This document shows, in pieces, positions 9,568 to 20,252 of a stretch of DNA of 64,000 bases. Under the pieces are notes generated by a model. The model did not search any database. It saw nothing but the letters and a program-made list of their open reading frames with translations, and had not been told where the DNA came from. This stretch comes from an uncultured delta proteobacterium. GTDB taxonomy: Bacteria; Myxococcota_A; Polyangia; Polyangiales; B10-G4. The stretch's first letter is position 1; each line of letters opens with the position of its first letter. The position numbers and the translations under genes are program-made. The stretch spans positions 576,001 to 640,000 of the forward strand of contig CAVSGI010000020.1 of NCBI GenBank assembly GCA_963727445.1, in the 5' to 3' direction.

Positions 9568-12463
9568 TCAGAACGGCAGGCCGAGGTGCACGTAGCCGTA
9601 GGTGCCGCCGCCGTCGGAGAGGCCGCGCGCGATGCCGATGCGTAGCGTGTAGGTGAGGAAGTAGCCGAGCAGGAAGTCGATGAAGAGCTCGCCGCCCACG
9701 CCGAAGCGGAACTGCCCCAGGTCGGGGTCGCCGAAGAAGGCGTCGCCCCAATCGACGAACGCCGACGCCCAGATGCGCTGGATGTAGGCCGGCAGCGTCT
9801 CCACCGTCCACATCAGGCGGTGGATGGGGAAGCGATACTCGGCCTGCACCAGGTGAAACTGCGTGCCGCGGCGGTCGAAGGGCGCGTAGCCGCGCAGCGC
9901 CTGGCCCCCCAGGAACGTCTGATTGACCAACTGATCGAGGACGTTGGTTTCGGGGAAACCTCCGAGGGAGAAGAGCCCGCGCCGCCCGAGGTCGCCGCCG
10001 CTGATCCCGCCCGAGTAGCGGAAGGCGAAGACGTGGTGTTGGATGAATGGGTTCTCGACGTACTGCGTGATGCTCCAGCTGCCGCTCACCGCGGTGAACT
10101 GCGAGCCCATGAGCGGGTGGGAGACGTTGAGCCCGAGGGTGATGCGACGACCCTCCGACGGTGTGATGTCCCAGGCGGTGCGCACCACGTCGCTCCAGCT
10201 CCATCCCGCGCGCAAGCCCGCGAGCAGGCCCTCTTGCGGAAGCACCGGCACCGGATCGTTGGGGTCGAGCACGGCTCCGCTGATGGGCTCGATGTTGTCG
10301 AGATAGCTCAGGCGATAGCTGAGGGTGAAGATCTCGGAGTTGAAGGCGCGCGGGAAGCTGTAGCGGATGCCGATCTCGCCTCCGAAGGACCGTTCGATCC
10401 ACTCCTCGGGCTCGCCGGCCACCACCAGCCCTCCGCGCGGCGCCACCCCGTGAAAGGCGCTGATCGTGATCGGTAGGGGCGTGCGCTGGTAGACGTAGGT
10501 GAGGTCGGCGTTCACGTTGCCGCGGACGAGCCCGACGCTGACGTTGCCCGTGTAGGAATGGAAGCCGACGACGTCGCCGGCCTGCACGGATGCCCCGACG
10601 GCGCTGCCGAAGCCGTCCTGGCCGAAGGTCAGGAACCAGGTCCGGGGAAGGAAGGTCGCGAGCGGGTTGTAGGGCTCGCTCTCGAGCGGCGGAGCTTCGG
10701 GGACGGGGTCGGCCCGCTGGCGGTCGGTGACGTAGGGCTCGGCGACGCGGAAGCGCGCCGGGTGCAGATCCATCCCGAAGATGTCCCAGCCGTGGCTGCG
10801 GAAGCCGAGATAGGCGAGACGGCGCCCATCCGGGGAGATGGTGGGGGAGTAGGCGCCCGCGATGACGTTGGTCACCTGATACAAGGTGCCGCTGCTCCTC
10901 TCGTGCGCGTAGACGTTCTGGACGCCGGTGCGGTCCGAGGAGAAGTAGAGGTACCGGCCGTCGGGCGACCACGCGGGGCCGATGTCGACGGCGCGGTCGT
11001 GGGTCAGCTCCGTCACGTCACCAGAGGCGACATCCAGGAGAAGGATGTCGCGATAGCCACCCTCCCTCCACGCGCTGAATGCGATGGTGCGACCATCCGG
11101 CGACCACTTCGGTGTGTAGACCTGGTTGAACTGCGGGCTGCGATAGGCGACCTCGTAGGTGCCCTCGATGTCGGCGATGTCGGCGATCGCGAGGTGCGTC
11201 GTGGACGCGCCGTTGATGGTGAAGGCGATGCGACGCCCGTCGGGTGAGACGTCGGGCTCCTGGGCGCGCATGCCGCGGGTGAGCCGCTCTCGAACGCCGG
11301 TCTCGCGGTCCACGCGGAACAGGTCGTAGTAGTAGTAGATGTCGCGATGGGCTTCGAGCGCGCTGTAGTAGACGTGGCGCCCGTCCGGATGCGGCGACGA
11401 GTACGCGCTCCCGCGCGCGCGGTCGAGCTCGCCCAGCCGCTCTCCGGAGTAGGCGTCGATGATGCGGAGCGCCTGGCGGTCGCGGCCGTCGTCGGCGTAG
11501 TAGACGATGCGGCGATTGTCGAGGAAACGCGGTGCCCGGGCGTGCTGGCCCCGGTTCGTGAGGTTTCGTCCGCGGACCAGCCCCGCGCGCCTTATCCGCG
11601 CGGCCTGGCGGCGATAGCGACCGCGGGTCTCCTCGGTCCACTCGTCGTAGAGCTCGATGAAGGTCTTGCCGGTCGCCCTCCTCGCGGTGCGGTTGACGCC
11701 GTAGGGGATGAGCTGACTTCCGTAGTCGTGGGTCATGTCGCGCAGCGCCTCGTCGCCGTAGCGGCGCGCGATGAACTCGACGAAACGGGAGCCGTAGAGA
11801 TAGCGAACGTTGCCGCGGGGGAAGCGATCCACCTCGTTCGAGATCTGATCGAGACGCAGGAGCCGGTCTTCGAGGGCGTCCATCCGCAGGTACATGTCGA
11901 AGATCGAGGATCTCAGGCGGCCCGCGGTGGTGTTGCGCGACTCCTCGTAGGTGGCCAGGCCTTCGAGGAACCACCCCGGCTGCACCGAGTTCGGCGGGTA
12001 GACCTTGCCGAAGATCAAGTTGATGATCGCCGGGATCCCGCCGATGGTGTCGAGGTGGAGGATGTGGGTGTGCTCATGGGTGACGAGCTCGGTCAGCCAG
12101 TCGTCGTAGTCCGACAGGGGACTGATGTCTTCGGGCCCGGTGGCGAAGAGCCGGGATCCGGTTGTAGGGGATCGCCGTGGCCGACCCGTTCGCGAGGTCT
12201 GTGTTGTCGCTCAGGACGATTCGCGTCTGAGGTGGGTCGCGGCCCAGCAGGGGGGCGAGGCGGCTCTGGGCCCGCTCGGCGATCGCAGCCACCCGGCGGG
12301 CGACCAAGCCCAGGGGCTCGTGATACGTGACCTCGAAATGCTCGGTCCGGACCGTCCGCCAGACCAGGTGGGGGTCGTTGTTCTGGGCCTGAACACGTGC
12401 AGGGGCGAGGGCGCCGAGGGCCCAGACGAGGGCGATCACGGCCCGAATGACGCCTCCTTTCAC
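9568..12463 (-). CDS. Omp85/BamA-family outer-membrane protein with N-terminal gluzincin-like peptidase domain and TolB-like PD40 propeller; one apparent frameshift near 12154
   Basis: Signal peptide in ORF 12074-12463. Removing one base from the run at 12153-12155 joins it to the 9568 frame (PYNRIRLFATGPED...THEHTHILH...WFLEGLATYEE). WSPDG repeats, LRGY barrel loop and C-terminal Phe are present. Confidence 0.85.
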
Positions 12464-12527
12464 CGTGGCGTTTGTATCATTTGGCCCGGGGGTGGGTGGG
12501 CCTCGTCAGAGCCGGATGGGCGAAGTC

Positions 12528-12557
12528 TTGACCGCGGCCACAAAGCCCCTCTAACCT
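12528..12557 (+). promoter_or_regulatory. Putative sigma70 promoter
   Basis: TTGACC-N18-TAACCT upstream of the FHA-DUF4388 gene. Confidence 0.55.
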
Positions 12558-12590
12558 TACGAAACTCCTGGATTGTTCCGGGAATTGTCC

Positions 12591-13550
12591 ATGGAGCCGC
12601 CCGTTCCTAAGATGAGTCCCCAATCGTCGCCGCAGGCAGCGAAGGCGTTCGCTCTCCGGTTCATCTCCGGAAAGTATCAGGGCGGGGAATTTCCTCTGCC
12701 TCCGCAGGGCGAGATCGTCATCGGTCGATCGAGTGAGCTCGACATGGTGCTCGTCGAGGACATGGTCTCGCGCCGGCACTCGAAGATCACCGTCACCGGA
12801 GATCGAATCTTCATCCAGGATCTCGGCTCGACCAACGGCACCTTCGTCAACGGTGAGAAGGTCAAGCGCGCGAAGCTGAACGAAGGCGACCGCATCCTCA
12901 TCGGCACCAGCATCATCAAGCTCGTCGCCACCGAAGCCGCGGGTGACGCCGACGACGCGCGCCAGCAACTCGCCGAGGTGGGGGCCGCGAAGCGCACGTC
13001 GCAGGTCCGGACGATGACCGGCTCCATCGCGGAGGTTCCGCTTCCCGATCTGCTCCAGCTCTTCGGCGCGTCGAAGAAGGACGGGACGCTGGTGGTGCGC
13101 ACCGACCGAGACGTCGGCAAGATCTACCTCGATGCGGGCCGCGTCGTCTTCGCGACCATCAACGACAACTTCGACGTCAATCCGGTGAAGAGCTTCGTCC
13201 GCTGCCTCACCTGGGAAGAAGGCACTTTCGAGCTCGATGCACCAGAAGAGCGCGAGTTCCCGGACCCGATCCGGATGACGACCGAGGGCCTCCTCATGGA
13301 GGCGATGCGCCAGCTCGACGAGGTCCGCCGCCTCGGCCCCGACATGCCCGATCTGGGCGCGACCATCTCGCTCCAGTTGCCGCTCATCCCGCTCCTGCGC
13401 GACCTGGAGCCGGAGGAGATCGACGTCCTGCAGATCGCGTACAACTACGGCCACGTCGAGACGGTCTTGAACAAGAGCCTGGTGAGCGATCTCGAGACCT
13501 CCGAGATCCTCGTGAAGCTGATCAAGGCCGGCTACCTCAAGGCCGATTAA
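12591..13550 (+). CDS. FHA domain plus DUF4388-like domain protein
   Basis: IGRSS...VSRRH...DLGSTNGTFVNG FHA signature; MTGSIAEVPLPDLLQLFG...G.IYL..G...TWEEGTF DUF4388 signature. Confidence 0.85.
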   Translation: MEPPVPKMSPQSSPQAAKAFALRFISGKYQGGEFPLPPQGEIVIGRSSELDMVLVEDMVSRRHSKITVTGDRIFIQDLGSTNGTFVNGEKVKRAKLNEGDRILIGTSIIKLVATEAAGDADDARQQLAEVGAAKRTSQVRTMTGSIAEVPLPDLLQLFGASKKDGTLVVRTDRDVGKIYLDAGRVVFATINDNFDVNPVKSFVRCLTWEEGTFELDAPEEREFPDPIRMTTEGLLMEAMRQLDEVRRLGPDMPDLGATISLQLPLIPLLRDLEPEEIDVLQIAYNYGHVETVLNKSLVSDLETSEILVKLIKAGYLKAD

Positions 13551-13586
13551 CGGCCCGGCCTCAGCGGCCTGCGAAATGGTCGTGCT

Positions 13587-15791
13587 CTAAGGAGTGACGC
13601 CGAGCTCGGCGAAGAGGAAGGAAACGACGTCGGTCTCCTCTTCAATCTCCTCGCTCAACGACGTGTCGAGCCCGTGACCCGAGGTGTCGCTCGTCCGGAG
13701 GAGGATGGGCGCGTCGCCGGCCTGCGCCTTCTGAAGGCGAGCGGTCATCTTGCGCGAATGCCACGGCTCGACACGGGGATCGTTGGCGCCGGTGAGGAAG
13801 AGAGTGGCCGGGTAGCTCACGCCGTCTCGCACGTTGTGGTACGGCGAGTAGGCCCGAAGCGCGTGGTACTGGTCTTCGTCGGTGACGCTGCCGAACTCGG
13901 TCACGTTGAACGCGCCGTTGGGTGAGAGCTCCACGCGGAGCATGTCGTAGATGCCGACGAAGGACACCACCGCGTGCACGAGCCCGGGGTGCTGGGTCAG
14001 GGTCGCCCCCATGAGGAGGCCTCCGTTGCTGCCTCCGATGATCGCCAGCTCGTCGCTGTTGGTGTAGTGGCGGTCGATCATGTGCTGAATGCCAGCGGCG
14101 AAATCGTCGAAGACGTTCTGCTTGTTCACCAGGCTGCCGGCGACGTGCCACTCCTCGCCGAACTCCGCGCCTCCACGGAGATTGGCGATCACGTAGATGA
14201 CGCCGTTGTCGAGGTAGATGGCGCGCTCGGGTCGGAAGCGGGGCTCGATGTTGACGCCATAGCCGCCGTAGCCATTGACGATGCAGGGGTTCGAACCGTC
14301 GAGCTCGAGCCCGCGCGGAAGCAGGATGTTGAGCGGCACCTCGGTGCCGTCCCGAGAGGTCGCCATCTCGCGCCGCACCTCCCAGCCGCTCACGTCCACC
14401 GGACTGGTCTCGCGGAGCGCGGTTGCCCGTGCCTCTCCGGAGCGGCCGTCGAGGTGCATCCACACCGGGGGCGTCACGAAGGACTCGACGCGGTAGAGGA
14501 GGTTGCCCTGCGCGAGCGGCACCAGCGCGCGCACCGCGGAGACCGGGGGGGCTTCGGGTGGCGTCTGCGCGTGGCCGCGGAGGTCGAAGACCCTCAGCTC
14601 GCTGGGGCCGCCGGTCTGATACATCACGTAGAGACGGTTTCGCGTGGGGTAGACCGTGGGTCCGTCCCAGAAATCGGTGACGATGCTCTGCTCGCCCTCG
14701 GCGATGACCACCGCGGCGCGCGCGATGTCGAGCTGGCGGATCGGCACCCGCAGGATCCTGCCCCGCGGCGCATCGTGTCGCGACACGACGTACAGGTCGT
14801 TCCGCGGGCCGAAGGTCGCCTGGACGTGTCCGTCTTCGAAGGTGGAGAACGTCCGCCAGGTTCCGTTGCGCTCACGAAGGTGCATCGAGAACTCGCCGCC
14901 GTCGCCCTTCTGAACCGTGGCGAGGAGCCGTCCGCTGCCTGCGTCCATTTCGAGCTGGATCTCGGCGATTCGCGGGAAGTCGCGTCCGAGCTCGTAGCGA
15001 TCCTCGCTGGCTTCGGTGCCGAAGCGGTGAAACCACACCTGCTGGTGGAACGCATCGTCGTCGGCGTGCTCGTCGCCCTCGCGCGGATAGCGCGTGTAGA
15101 AGAAGCCGGAGTTGTCCGGCATCCAGGCCACGTCCCCGCCCGCGGTTCCGTTCTGCACGTGCTCGACGATCTCGTGCACCCGCTCGCCGCTCTCCACGTC
15201 GTAGACGTGCACGTCGCCGCGCTCGCTCCCGCCGCGCGAGAGCGAGACGGCCACCAGCGTTCCGTCGTGGGAAGGGACGTACCAGTCGATGGCGACGTGC
15301 CCTTCCTCGTCGATCTCGGTCGGGTCGACCAGGATCTTGGCGTCGTCCGGGGCGTCCGGGCTCTCCATGACGACCAGGAACGGCTGCTCGCGGGGGGGGC
15401 GCCGCTCGATCGCGAAGAGCTTCGAGCCCGCGTGGATCAGGGCGCGGTGGCTTCGCGTCGGCGCGCTCAGGATCTCCGTCAGCCGTGTGCGGATCGCGTC
15501 TCGGTTGGGGAGCGCGTCGAGCTTGCTTCGCGCCCATGCGTTCTGCGCGTCGCTCCAGGCCTGAACCTCGGGATCGTCGGAGCCCTCGAGCCACTGATAG
15601 GGGTCGACGACCGTCTCACCGTGATAGGTGTTCTCGACGTCACGTTCGGGGGTGGCGGGCGGACCGGCGCTCGCCTCTTCGGCGCTGCTTTCAGCGACCA
15701 GCGGTGGCGTGACCGTCTCCCGGGGCTCCTGGCGGGAGCCGCATCCGAGGGCGAAGAGGCAGAGGAGGCACGAGGCGCGTCGGAGAAACAT
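13587..15791 (-). CDS. Prolyl oligopeptidase (S9A), lipoprotein
   Basis: Lipobox ALGC; DPYQWLE, GYGGY, RGGAEFG, GGSNGG, NDPRV and SGHG motifs. Confidence 0.93.
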   Translation of the reverse strand: MFLRRASCLLCLFALGCGSRQEPRETVTPPLVAESSAEEASAGPPATPERDVENTYHGETVVDPYQWLEGSDDPEVQAWSDAQNAWARSKLDALPNRDAIRTRLTEILSAPTRSHRALIHAGSKLFAIERRPPREQPFLVVMESPDAPDDAKILVDPTEIDEEGHVAIDWYVPSHDGTLVAVSLSRGGSERGDVHVYDVESGERVHEIVEHVQNGTAGGDVAWMPDNSGFFYTRYPREGDEHADDDAFHQQVWFHRFGTEASEDRYELGRDFPRIAEIQLEMDAGSGRLLATVQKGDGGEFSMHLRERNGTWRTFSTFEDGHVQATFGPRNDLYVVSRHDAPRGRILRVPIRQLDIARAAVVIAEGEQSIVTDFWDGPTVYPTRNRLYVMYQTGGPSELRVFDLRGHAQTPPEAPPVSAVRALVPLAQGNLLYRVESFVTPPVWMHLDGRSGEARATALRETSPVDVSGWEVRREMATSRDGTEVPLNILLPRGLELDGSNPCIVNGYGGYGVNIEPRFRPERAIYLDNGVIYVIANLRGGAEFGEEWHVAGSLVNKQNVFDDFAAGIQHMIDRHYTNSDELAIIGGSNGGLLMGATLTQHPGLVHAVVSFVGIYDMLRVELSPNGAFNVTEFGSVTDEDQYHALRAYSPYHNVRDGVSYPATLFLTGANDPRVEPWHSRKMTARLQKAQAGDAPILLRTSDTSGHGLDTSLSEEIEEETDVVSFLFAELGVTP

Positions 15792-15847
15792 GCCGCGTGC
15801 ATAGCACCGACCACCCACGCCGATCCACGTCCCCCGATGGGAAGCAG

Positions 15848-16249
15848 CTACTTCTCGAGGTGTGCGACCAGCGACTGGTAGGCGTCGGTGAGGCTCTGCG
15901 CGAGGGCGGTGGCCGCCTTGTGACGCGCGGGGTCGCCGAGATGCTTGTCCGGGTGATACTTGCGCATCAGCTCGCGATAGGCCTGCTTGACCTCGTCCAG
16001 GGTCGCGCCGGGCTCGAGCTCGAGGTTGGCGTACCACTGCTCGACCTGCTTCTGCTGCGGCGAGAGGTTCTGGCGGTCCACCTTGCCGCCGCGGCGCTGC
16101 GCACGCTGTCGGCGCCGACGCAGCAGCTCTTCCTCGAGCTCCGCATCGCTGAGCTCGGAGAGTGGCTTTTCGGACTTGCCGAAGGAACGCTGTCGAAGGT
16201 CACCCAAGGTCGCTCGAGTCACGCTTTTGAGGCGCGAGAGAACGCTCAA
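15848..16249 (-). CDS. Small J-domain (DnaJ-type) co-chaperone
   Basis: EVKQAYRELMRKYHPDK with intact HPD; TTG start overlaps the pilZ stop. Confidence 0.85.
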   Translation of the reverse strand: MSVLSRLKSVTRATLGDLRQRSFGKSEKPLSELSDAELEEELLRRRRQRAQRRGGKVDRQNLSPQQKQVEQWYANLELEPGATLDEVKQAYRELMRKYHPDKHLGDPARHKAATALAQSLTDAYQSLVAHLEK

Positions 16250-16602
16250 GACTCTTCGTCCTCGCCGAGCTTGGCCTGCCCCGAGGGCTGCGTCGTGAGG
16301 AGACGCTCGATGAGGTGCTGGGAGTACTGGCTGAGCTCGGTGAACACCACGCCCATGCCCGGCGGATCGTTTTCGAGCCGGACCACCTCGCCCACGCCTT
16401 CGATGGTCTCGATGTCATCCATGATGACGGTGAACCTCAGGTTCACCCGAGTCCCCACCGGGAGTGGTTGCTTCGACTTCACGAAGACACCGGACCTCGA
16501 GATGTTCGTCACGTACTCGTGGATGAACGCGTCGAACGACTCGAACTCCTTGTTGATCGTGACCCGCTCGTCGGTCCTCTTGTCCCCCTCGTCGTCGCTC
16601 AT
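16246..16602 (-). CDS. Stand-alone PilZ domain protein (myxobacterial TIGR02266-like)
   Basis: RTDER (RxxxR) and NISRSG ((D/N)xSxxG) motifs; GEVVR...GMGVVF. Confidence 0.85.
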   Translation of the reverse strand: MSDDEGDKRTDERVTINKEFESFDAFIHEYVTNISRSGVFVKSKQPLPVGTRVNLRFTVIMDDIETIEGVGEVVRLENDPPGMGVVFTELSQYSQHLIERLLTTQPSGQAKLGEDEES

Positions 16603-18149
16603 TTCTCAGGCTCCGCCGTCAGATCGAACTGCTCCAGATGATAGTCCTTGCGCGGTTGTAGCACGATACGGCGCTGGAACCGCGAGGCGGTCTCGTCGAG
16701 GGCGTGCTTCTCCTCCCGGGTCAGCACGTCGCAGATCGCCGGGTGGGCGTTGATGATGATCTTGTAGCCCGCGAGGTTGTCCCGCTCGCGCCGGATCTGC
16801 TTGAAGATCTCGTGGCAAATCGTCGACTTCGAGCGAAGCGCGCCCGTGCCGTCGCAGTAGAAGCACGGCTCGTAGAGCGTGCGCCCCAGCGACTCCCGGG
16901 TTCGCTTGCGGGTCATCTCCACCAGCCCCAGCTCGCTGATGCGGACGGCGGTGGTCTTGGCCTTGTCCTTCTTGAGGACCTCGAGGAGGGCCTTGTAGAC
17001 CTTGTCCCGGTGTGAGGCGCGCTCCATGTCGATGAAGTCGAGGACGATCAGGCCGCCGATGTTTCGGAAGCGCAGCTGGTAGGCGATCTCCTTCACGGCT
17101 TCCAGGTTGGTCGCGAGGATCGTCTCCTCCACGTCCTTGCCCTTGCCCGTGAAGCGACCGGTGTTGACGTCGATGGCGGTCAGCGCCTCGGCCTGGTCGA
17201 TGATCAGGTAGCCGCCCGAGGGCATGGCCACCTTGCGCGCGAGCGCGCGCGCGATCTCGTCCTCGACCCCGAACTCGTCGAAGAAGGGCTCGTGACCTTC
17301 GTAGAGCTCCACGTGGCTGGCGCGCTCGGGCAGGAAGTCCTCGAGGAACGTCACCAGGCGCTCGTACTGCGACTTGTCGTCGATGACGATCTTGTCGACG
17401 GTCTCGTCGAAGAGATCGCGCGCCGCGCGCAGCACGATGTCGAGCTCGGTGTAGATCGGCGCCGGCGCCTTCTTGACGTGCGTCTTCTTGGTGTCGATCT
17501 CCTGCCAGGTCTTCACCAGATAGCCCACGTCGGCCTTGAGCTTCTTCTTGGTGAGACCGGCCGCGAGCGTTCGCACGATCACGCCACCTTCCGGCGGCTT
17601 GATCTGATCGATCACCTCCTTGAGCCGGCGGCGTTCCTTGTCGTTGCCGATGCGCTTGGACACGCCGACCTGCTCGAAGGTCGGCATGTAGACGACGTAG
17701 CGGCCGGGAAGGGCGATGTGGCTCGTGACCCGCGCGCCCTTCGTGCCGATCGGCCCTTTGCTGACCTGGACCATCAGGGACTGGCCCTCTTTGAGCACGT
17801 CCCGGATCGGCGTCTTGCGAGAGGTCCGCTTGCGGCTGCGCGACTTCGTGGACTTGCCGTTCTTCTTCTTCGAATCGTCCTCGCCCTCTTCCGCAGCAGC
17901 GAGCTTTTCCATCTGCTCCTGCGTCAGGACGTCTTCGACGTGAAGGAAGGCCGCGCGGTCGAGACCGACGTCGATGAAGGCGGCCTGCATCCCCGGAAGG
18001 ACGCGGGTCACCTTACCCATGTAGATGTTTCCGACGGGGCTCAGGTCGCGGGTGCGCTCGAGATAGAGCTCCGCGAGTATCCCGTCTTCGATGAGCGCGA
18101 CGCGGGTTTCTCCCACGTCCACGTTGATGAGGAGTGTGTTGTTCGCCAC
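16599..18149 (-). CDS. rng: Ribonuclease E/G family endoribonuclease (RNase G-like)
   Basis: GNIYMGKVTRVLPGMQAAFIDVG, KGPIGTKGAR, TAIDVNTG, NIGGLIVLDFIDM and CFYCDG motifs; probable GTG start at 18149. Confidence 0.93.
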   Translation of the reverse strand: MANNTLLINVDVGETRVALIEDGILAELYLERTRDLSPVGNIYMGKVTRVLPGMQAAFIDVGLDRAAFLHVEDVLTQEQMEKLAAAEEGEDDSKKKNGKSTKSRSRKRTSRKTPIRDVLKEGQSLMVQVSKGPIGTKGARVTSHIALPGRYVVYMPTFEQVGVSKRIGNDKERRRLKEVIDQIKPPEGGVIVRTLAAGLTKKKLKADVGYLVKTWQEIDTKKTHVKKAPAPIYTELDIVLRAARDLFDETVDKIVIDDKSQYERLVTFLEDFLPERASHVELYEGHEPFFDEFGVEDEIARALARKVAMPSGGYLIIDQAEALTAIDVNTGRFTGKGKDVEETILATNLEAVKEIAYQLRFRNIGGLIVLDFIDMERASHRDKVYKALLEVLKKDKAKTTAVRISELGLVEMTRKRTRESLGRTLYEPCFYCDGTGALRSKSTICHEIFKQIRRERDNLAGYKIIINAHPAICDVLTREEKHALDETASRFQRRIVLQPRKDYHLEQFDLTAEPEK

Positions 18150-18360
18150 GGTCTCGTTGCCGAGGTGAGAGGTTGAAAGCTCTGCGGGGAGACCGTCGGC
18201 GTTTTGGCCCACCGGACGCAGCAGTCACCAATCCAGCTTCGGGTCGACTCGCGTCGTCCCTTCGCCTTCTTGGTGAACCCGCTCGCCGTCGCGTGTCGAC
18301 CCCCTCGATGGGGCCGCGCGATCTCGGCGGGCGCGTGTCGGCGGGTGCTCTGGTCCACCC

Positions 18361-18865
18361 TCAATTAGTGGCGAAGATCTTTTCGATCTCGCGCCTGGAC
18401 CTTCTCCTCACTCTTCCGTCGGGCCACGGCGATCTCCTTCACGATGAGGCCGCGTGCTTTTTCGAGCATCTGGCGCTCTCCGAAGGAGAGGGACTTCTCC
18501 GCCTTGAGGCGGTAGAGGTCTCGCATGACCTCGGCGACGTCGAAGACGGAGCCGGTCTTGATCTTGTCCATGAAGCCGCGATAGCGGCGGTTCCAGGTCT
18601 GGTTGTCGAACTCGATCTCGCGTTCCTTCAGGATCTTGAAGATCTCGCGGATCTGACGCTCGGAGATCGGCGGCCTCAGGCCGACGTTCTTCGCGTTCGA
18701 AACTGGTACTTTGATGATGTGCTCGGTGTCGAGGAGCCGAAGCACGTAAAAACTCTGAACGTTGCCTGCGATGTCCAGGTCGTCGATGGAGACCACTTCG
18801 GCGACGCCACGGGCGGGGTAAATGGCCTTGTCCCCCACCTTGAACGTGTGCTTCCGAGCCTGCAT
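18361..18865 (-). CDS. cdnL: CarD-family RNA polymerase-binding factor CdnL; apparent +1 error near the 3' end
   Basis: FKVGDKAIYP..GV, VGLR, WNRRYR and LSFGERQML motifs. Removing one base at 18391-18394 restores EIEKIFATN-stop. Confidence 0.92.
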
Positions 18866-18994
18866 CCGACTACTCCTATCTATCGGCAGAGCTGCTCGGG
18901 AGTAGCGAACGCTCGAAGTCGAGGCGTCCCTCACCGCCTCTCGAGCGTTCGAATCGCCCAACCAACGAATGCTGGGCAGATCCCGAGTCGGCGG

Positions 18995-19024
18995 AATCTA
19001 GTCCACGACCGGGGGCTCCGTCAA
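18995..19024 (-). promoter_or_regulatory. Putative sigma70 promoter of cdnL
   Basis: TTGACG-N18-TAGATT on the minus strand. Confidence 0.55.
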
Positions 19025-19045
19025 CGCGATTTCAACAGCTCCATG

Positions 19046-19078
19046 AAAAACGGCCTCCCCGAAGAGACGGGGAGGCCG
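19046..19078 (-). terminator. Rho-independent terminator of the OmpA/MotB gene
   Basis: 10-bp stem 19051-19060 with 19069-19078, followed on the minus strand by U5 (19046-19050). Confidence 0.8.
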
Positions 19079-19103
19079 CTGAACTACCCGAGATCGCAGC
19101 AGA

Positions 19104-19934
19104 TCAGTTGTCGCTACTCTCGTCCAGGGTGCTCAGGTCCGGAAGCTCGTCGAGATTGAACATCAGGGCGATCTCGATGCGTCGGTTCTGGGCCCGGAGC
19201 TCCGGGGTCGAATTGTCGTTCAAAGGCTGGGTATCGGCATAACCCGCGGCCGAGAGGCGGTTGGCTGGCATGCCCTGCTCGATCATGAAGCGGGTGACGG
19301 TGACGGCTCGGGCCGTGGACAGCTCCCAGTTCGAGGGGAAGCGCCGGCTCCGGATCGGGATGTTGTCGGTATGACCCGTGACCTGGAACCGACGCCCCCG
19401 CAGGCCCTTGAGGACCTCCGTCAGCTGGGTCAGGGGGGTCTCTGCTTCGTCCTTCAGATCCGCCCGGCCCGAGTCGAAGAGGATCGCCTCGGGGAGCACC
19501 ACCACCATCCGGCCGTTTCGGATCCGGACCGTCAGGGTTCCGGCATCGATCAGGCTACGGAGCTGTTCGAGCATGTTTCGGAAGGTCTCGAGGCGCGCCT
19601 GGGCCTGACGCTCGCGCTGGCGGAGCTCGGCGAGCGCACGCTGGGTTTCGGCCAGCTCCCCCTGGAGGCTCTGTCGGGTGCCCTCGAGCTCTTCGACGTT
19701 CTCACCGAGCGCCCGGAGGCGGTTGGCCAACTCCTGATTCTGGGCGCTCATGGCCCCGAGGCGGTCTTCGAGGTCCTCCCGTTGAGCCTGGGCCGCGCGC
19801 AGCTCCTCTTGTAAGGAGCGGACCCGCGCGCGCTCGGCGTCGAGCTCCTCCTGAGAAGGTCCGCATCCAATGGCGGCGCTCGCCGCCACGACCAGGGCGG
19901 CCATCATGACCCACCCACCCCTTCGATTCGTCAT
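19104..19934 (-). CDS. OmpA/MotB-family peptidoglycan-binding lipoprotein with coiled coil
   Basis: Lipobox AIGC; long coiled coil; ILFDSG, GHTDN, NWELSTARA and NRRIEI motifs. Confidence 0.9.
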   Translation of the reverse strand: MTNRRGGWVMMAALVVAASAAIGCGPSQEELDAERARVRSLQEELRAAQAQREDLEDRLGAMSAQNQELANRLRALGENVEELEGTRQSLQGELAETQRALAELRQRERQAQARLETFRNMLEQLRSLIDAGTLTVRIRNGRMVVVLPEAILFDSGRADLKDEAETPLTQLTEVLKGLRGRRFQVTGHTDNIPIRSRRFPSNWELSTARAVTVTRFMIEQGMPANRLSAAGYADTQPLNDNSTPELRAQNRRIEIALMFNLDELPDLSTLDESSDN

Positions 19935-20000
19935 TCGAGCCCTCCGGCGACCGACGGCGAGGGGGGCTCTCGAGGCACCTCCGGGCGGCGGTCGGGGGCG

Positions 20001-20030
20001 ACCCTAGGCGCCCGCGAGGGGAGGTGTCAA
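20001..20030 (-). promoter_or_regulatory. Putative sigma70 promoter of the OmpA/MotB gene
   Basis: TTGACA-N18-TAGGGT on the minus strand. Confidence 0.6.
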
Positions 20031-20183
20031 CGCCGTCGAGATCCCGATCCTCGCTTTCTCAAGGGTTCCGGACACCTGAATTGCCATACCTTTTTCCCCT
20101 GTAATTTCAATCGATTGATAAAGATTGTGCACACTATCCTGTCAATTTCGGATAAGTTAGGTATAAATTATGTGCCTTTGTGC

Positions 20184-20246
20184 TTGACAGGTTGCGTGAC
20201 GTGACAATACGGTACGCGTCATCTCAGAGACCCTTCTAGGAGGAGG
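20184..20246 (+). promoter_or_regulatory. Putative sigma70 promoter and strong RBS of the KKRAT gene, downstream of an AT-rich tract
   Basis: TTGACA (20184-20189)-N18-TACGGT (20208-20213); AGGAGG at 20241-20246; AT-rich segment at about 20075-20180. Confidence 0.6.
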
Positions 20247-20252
20247 TTTCAC

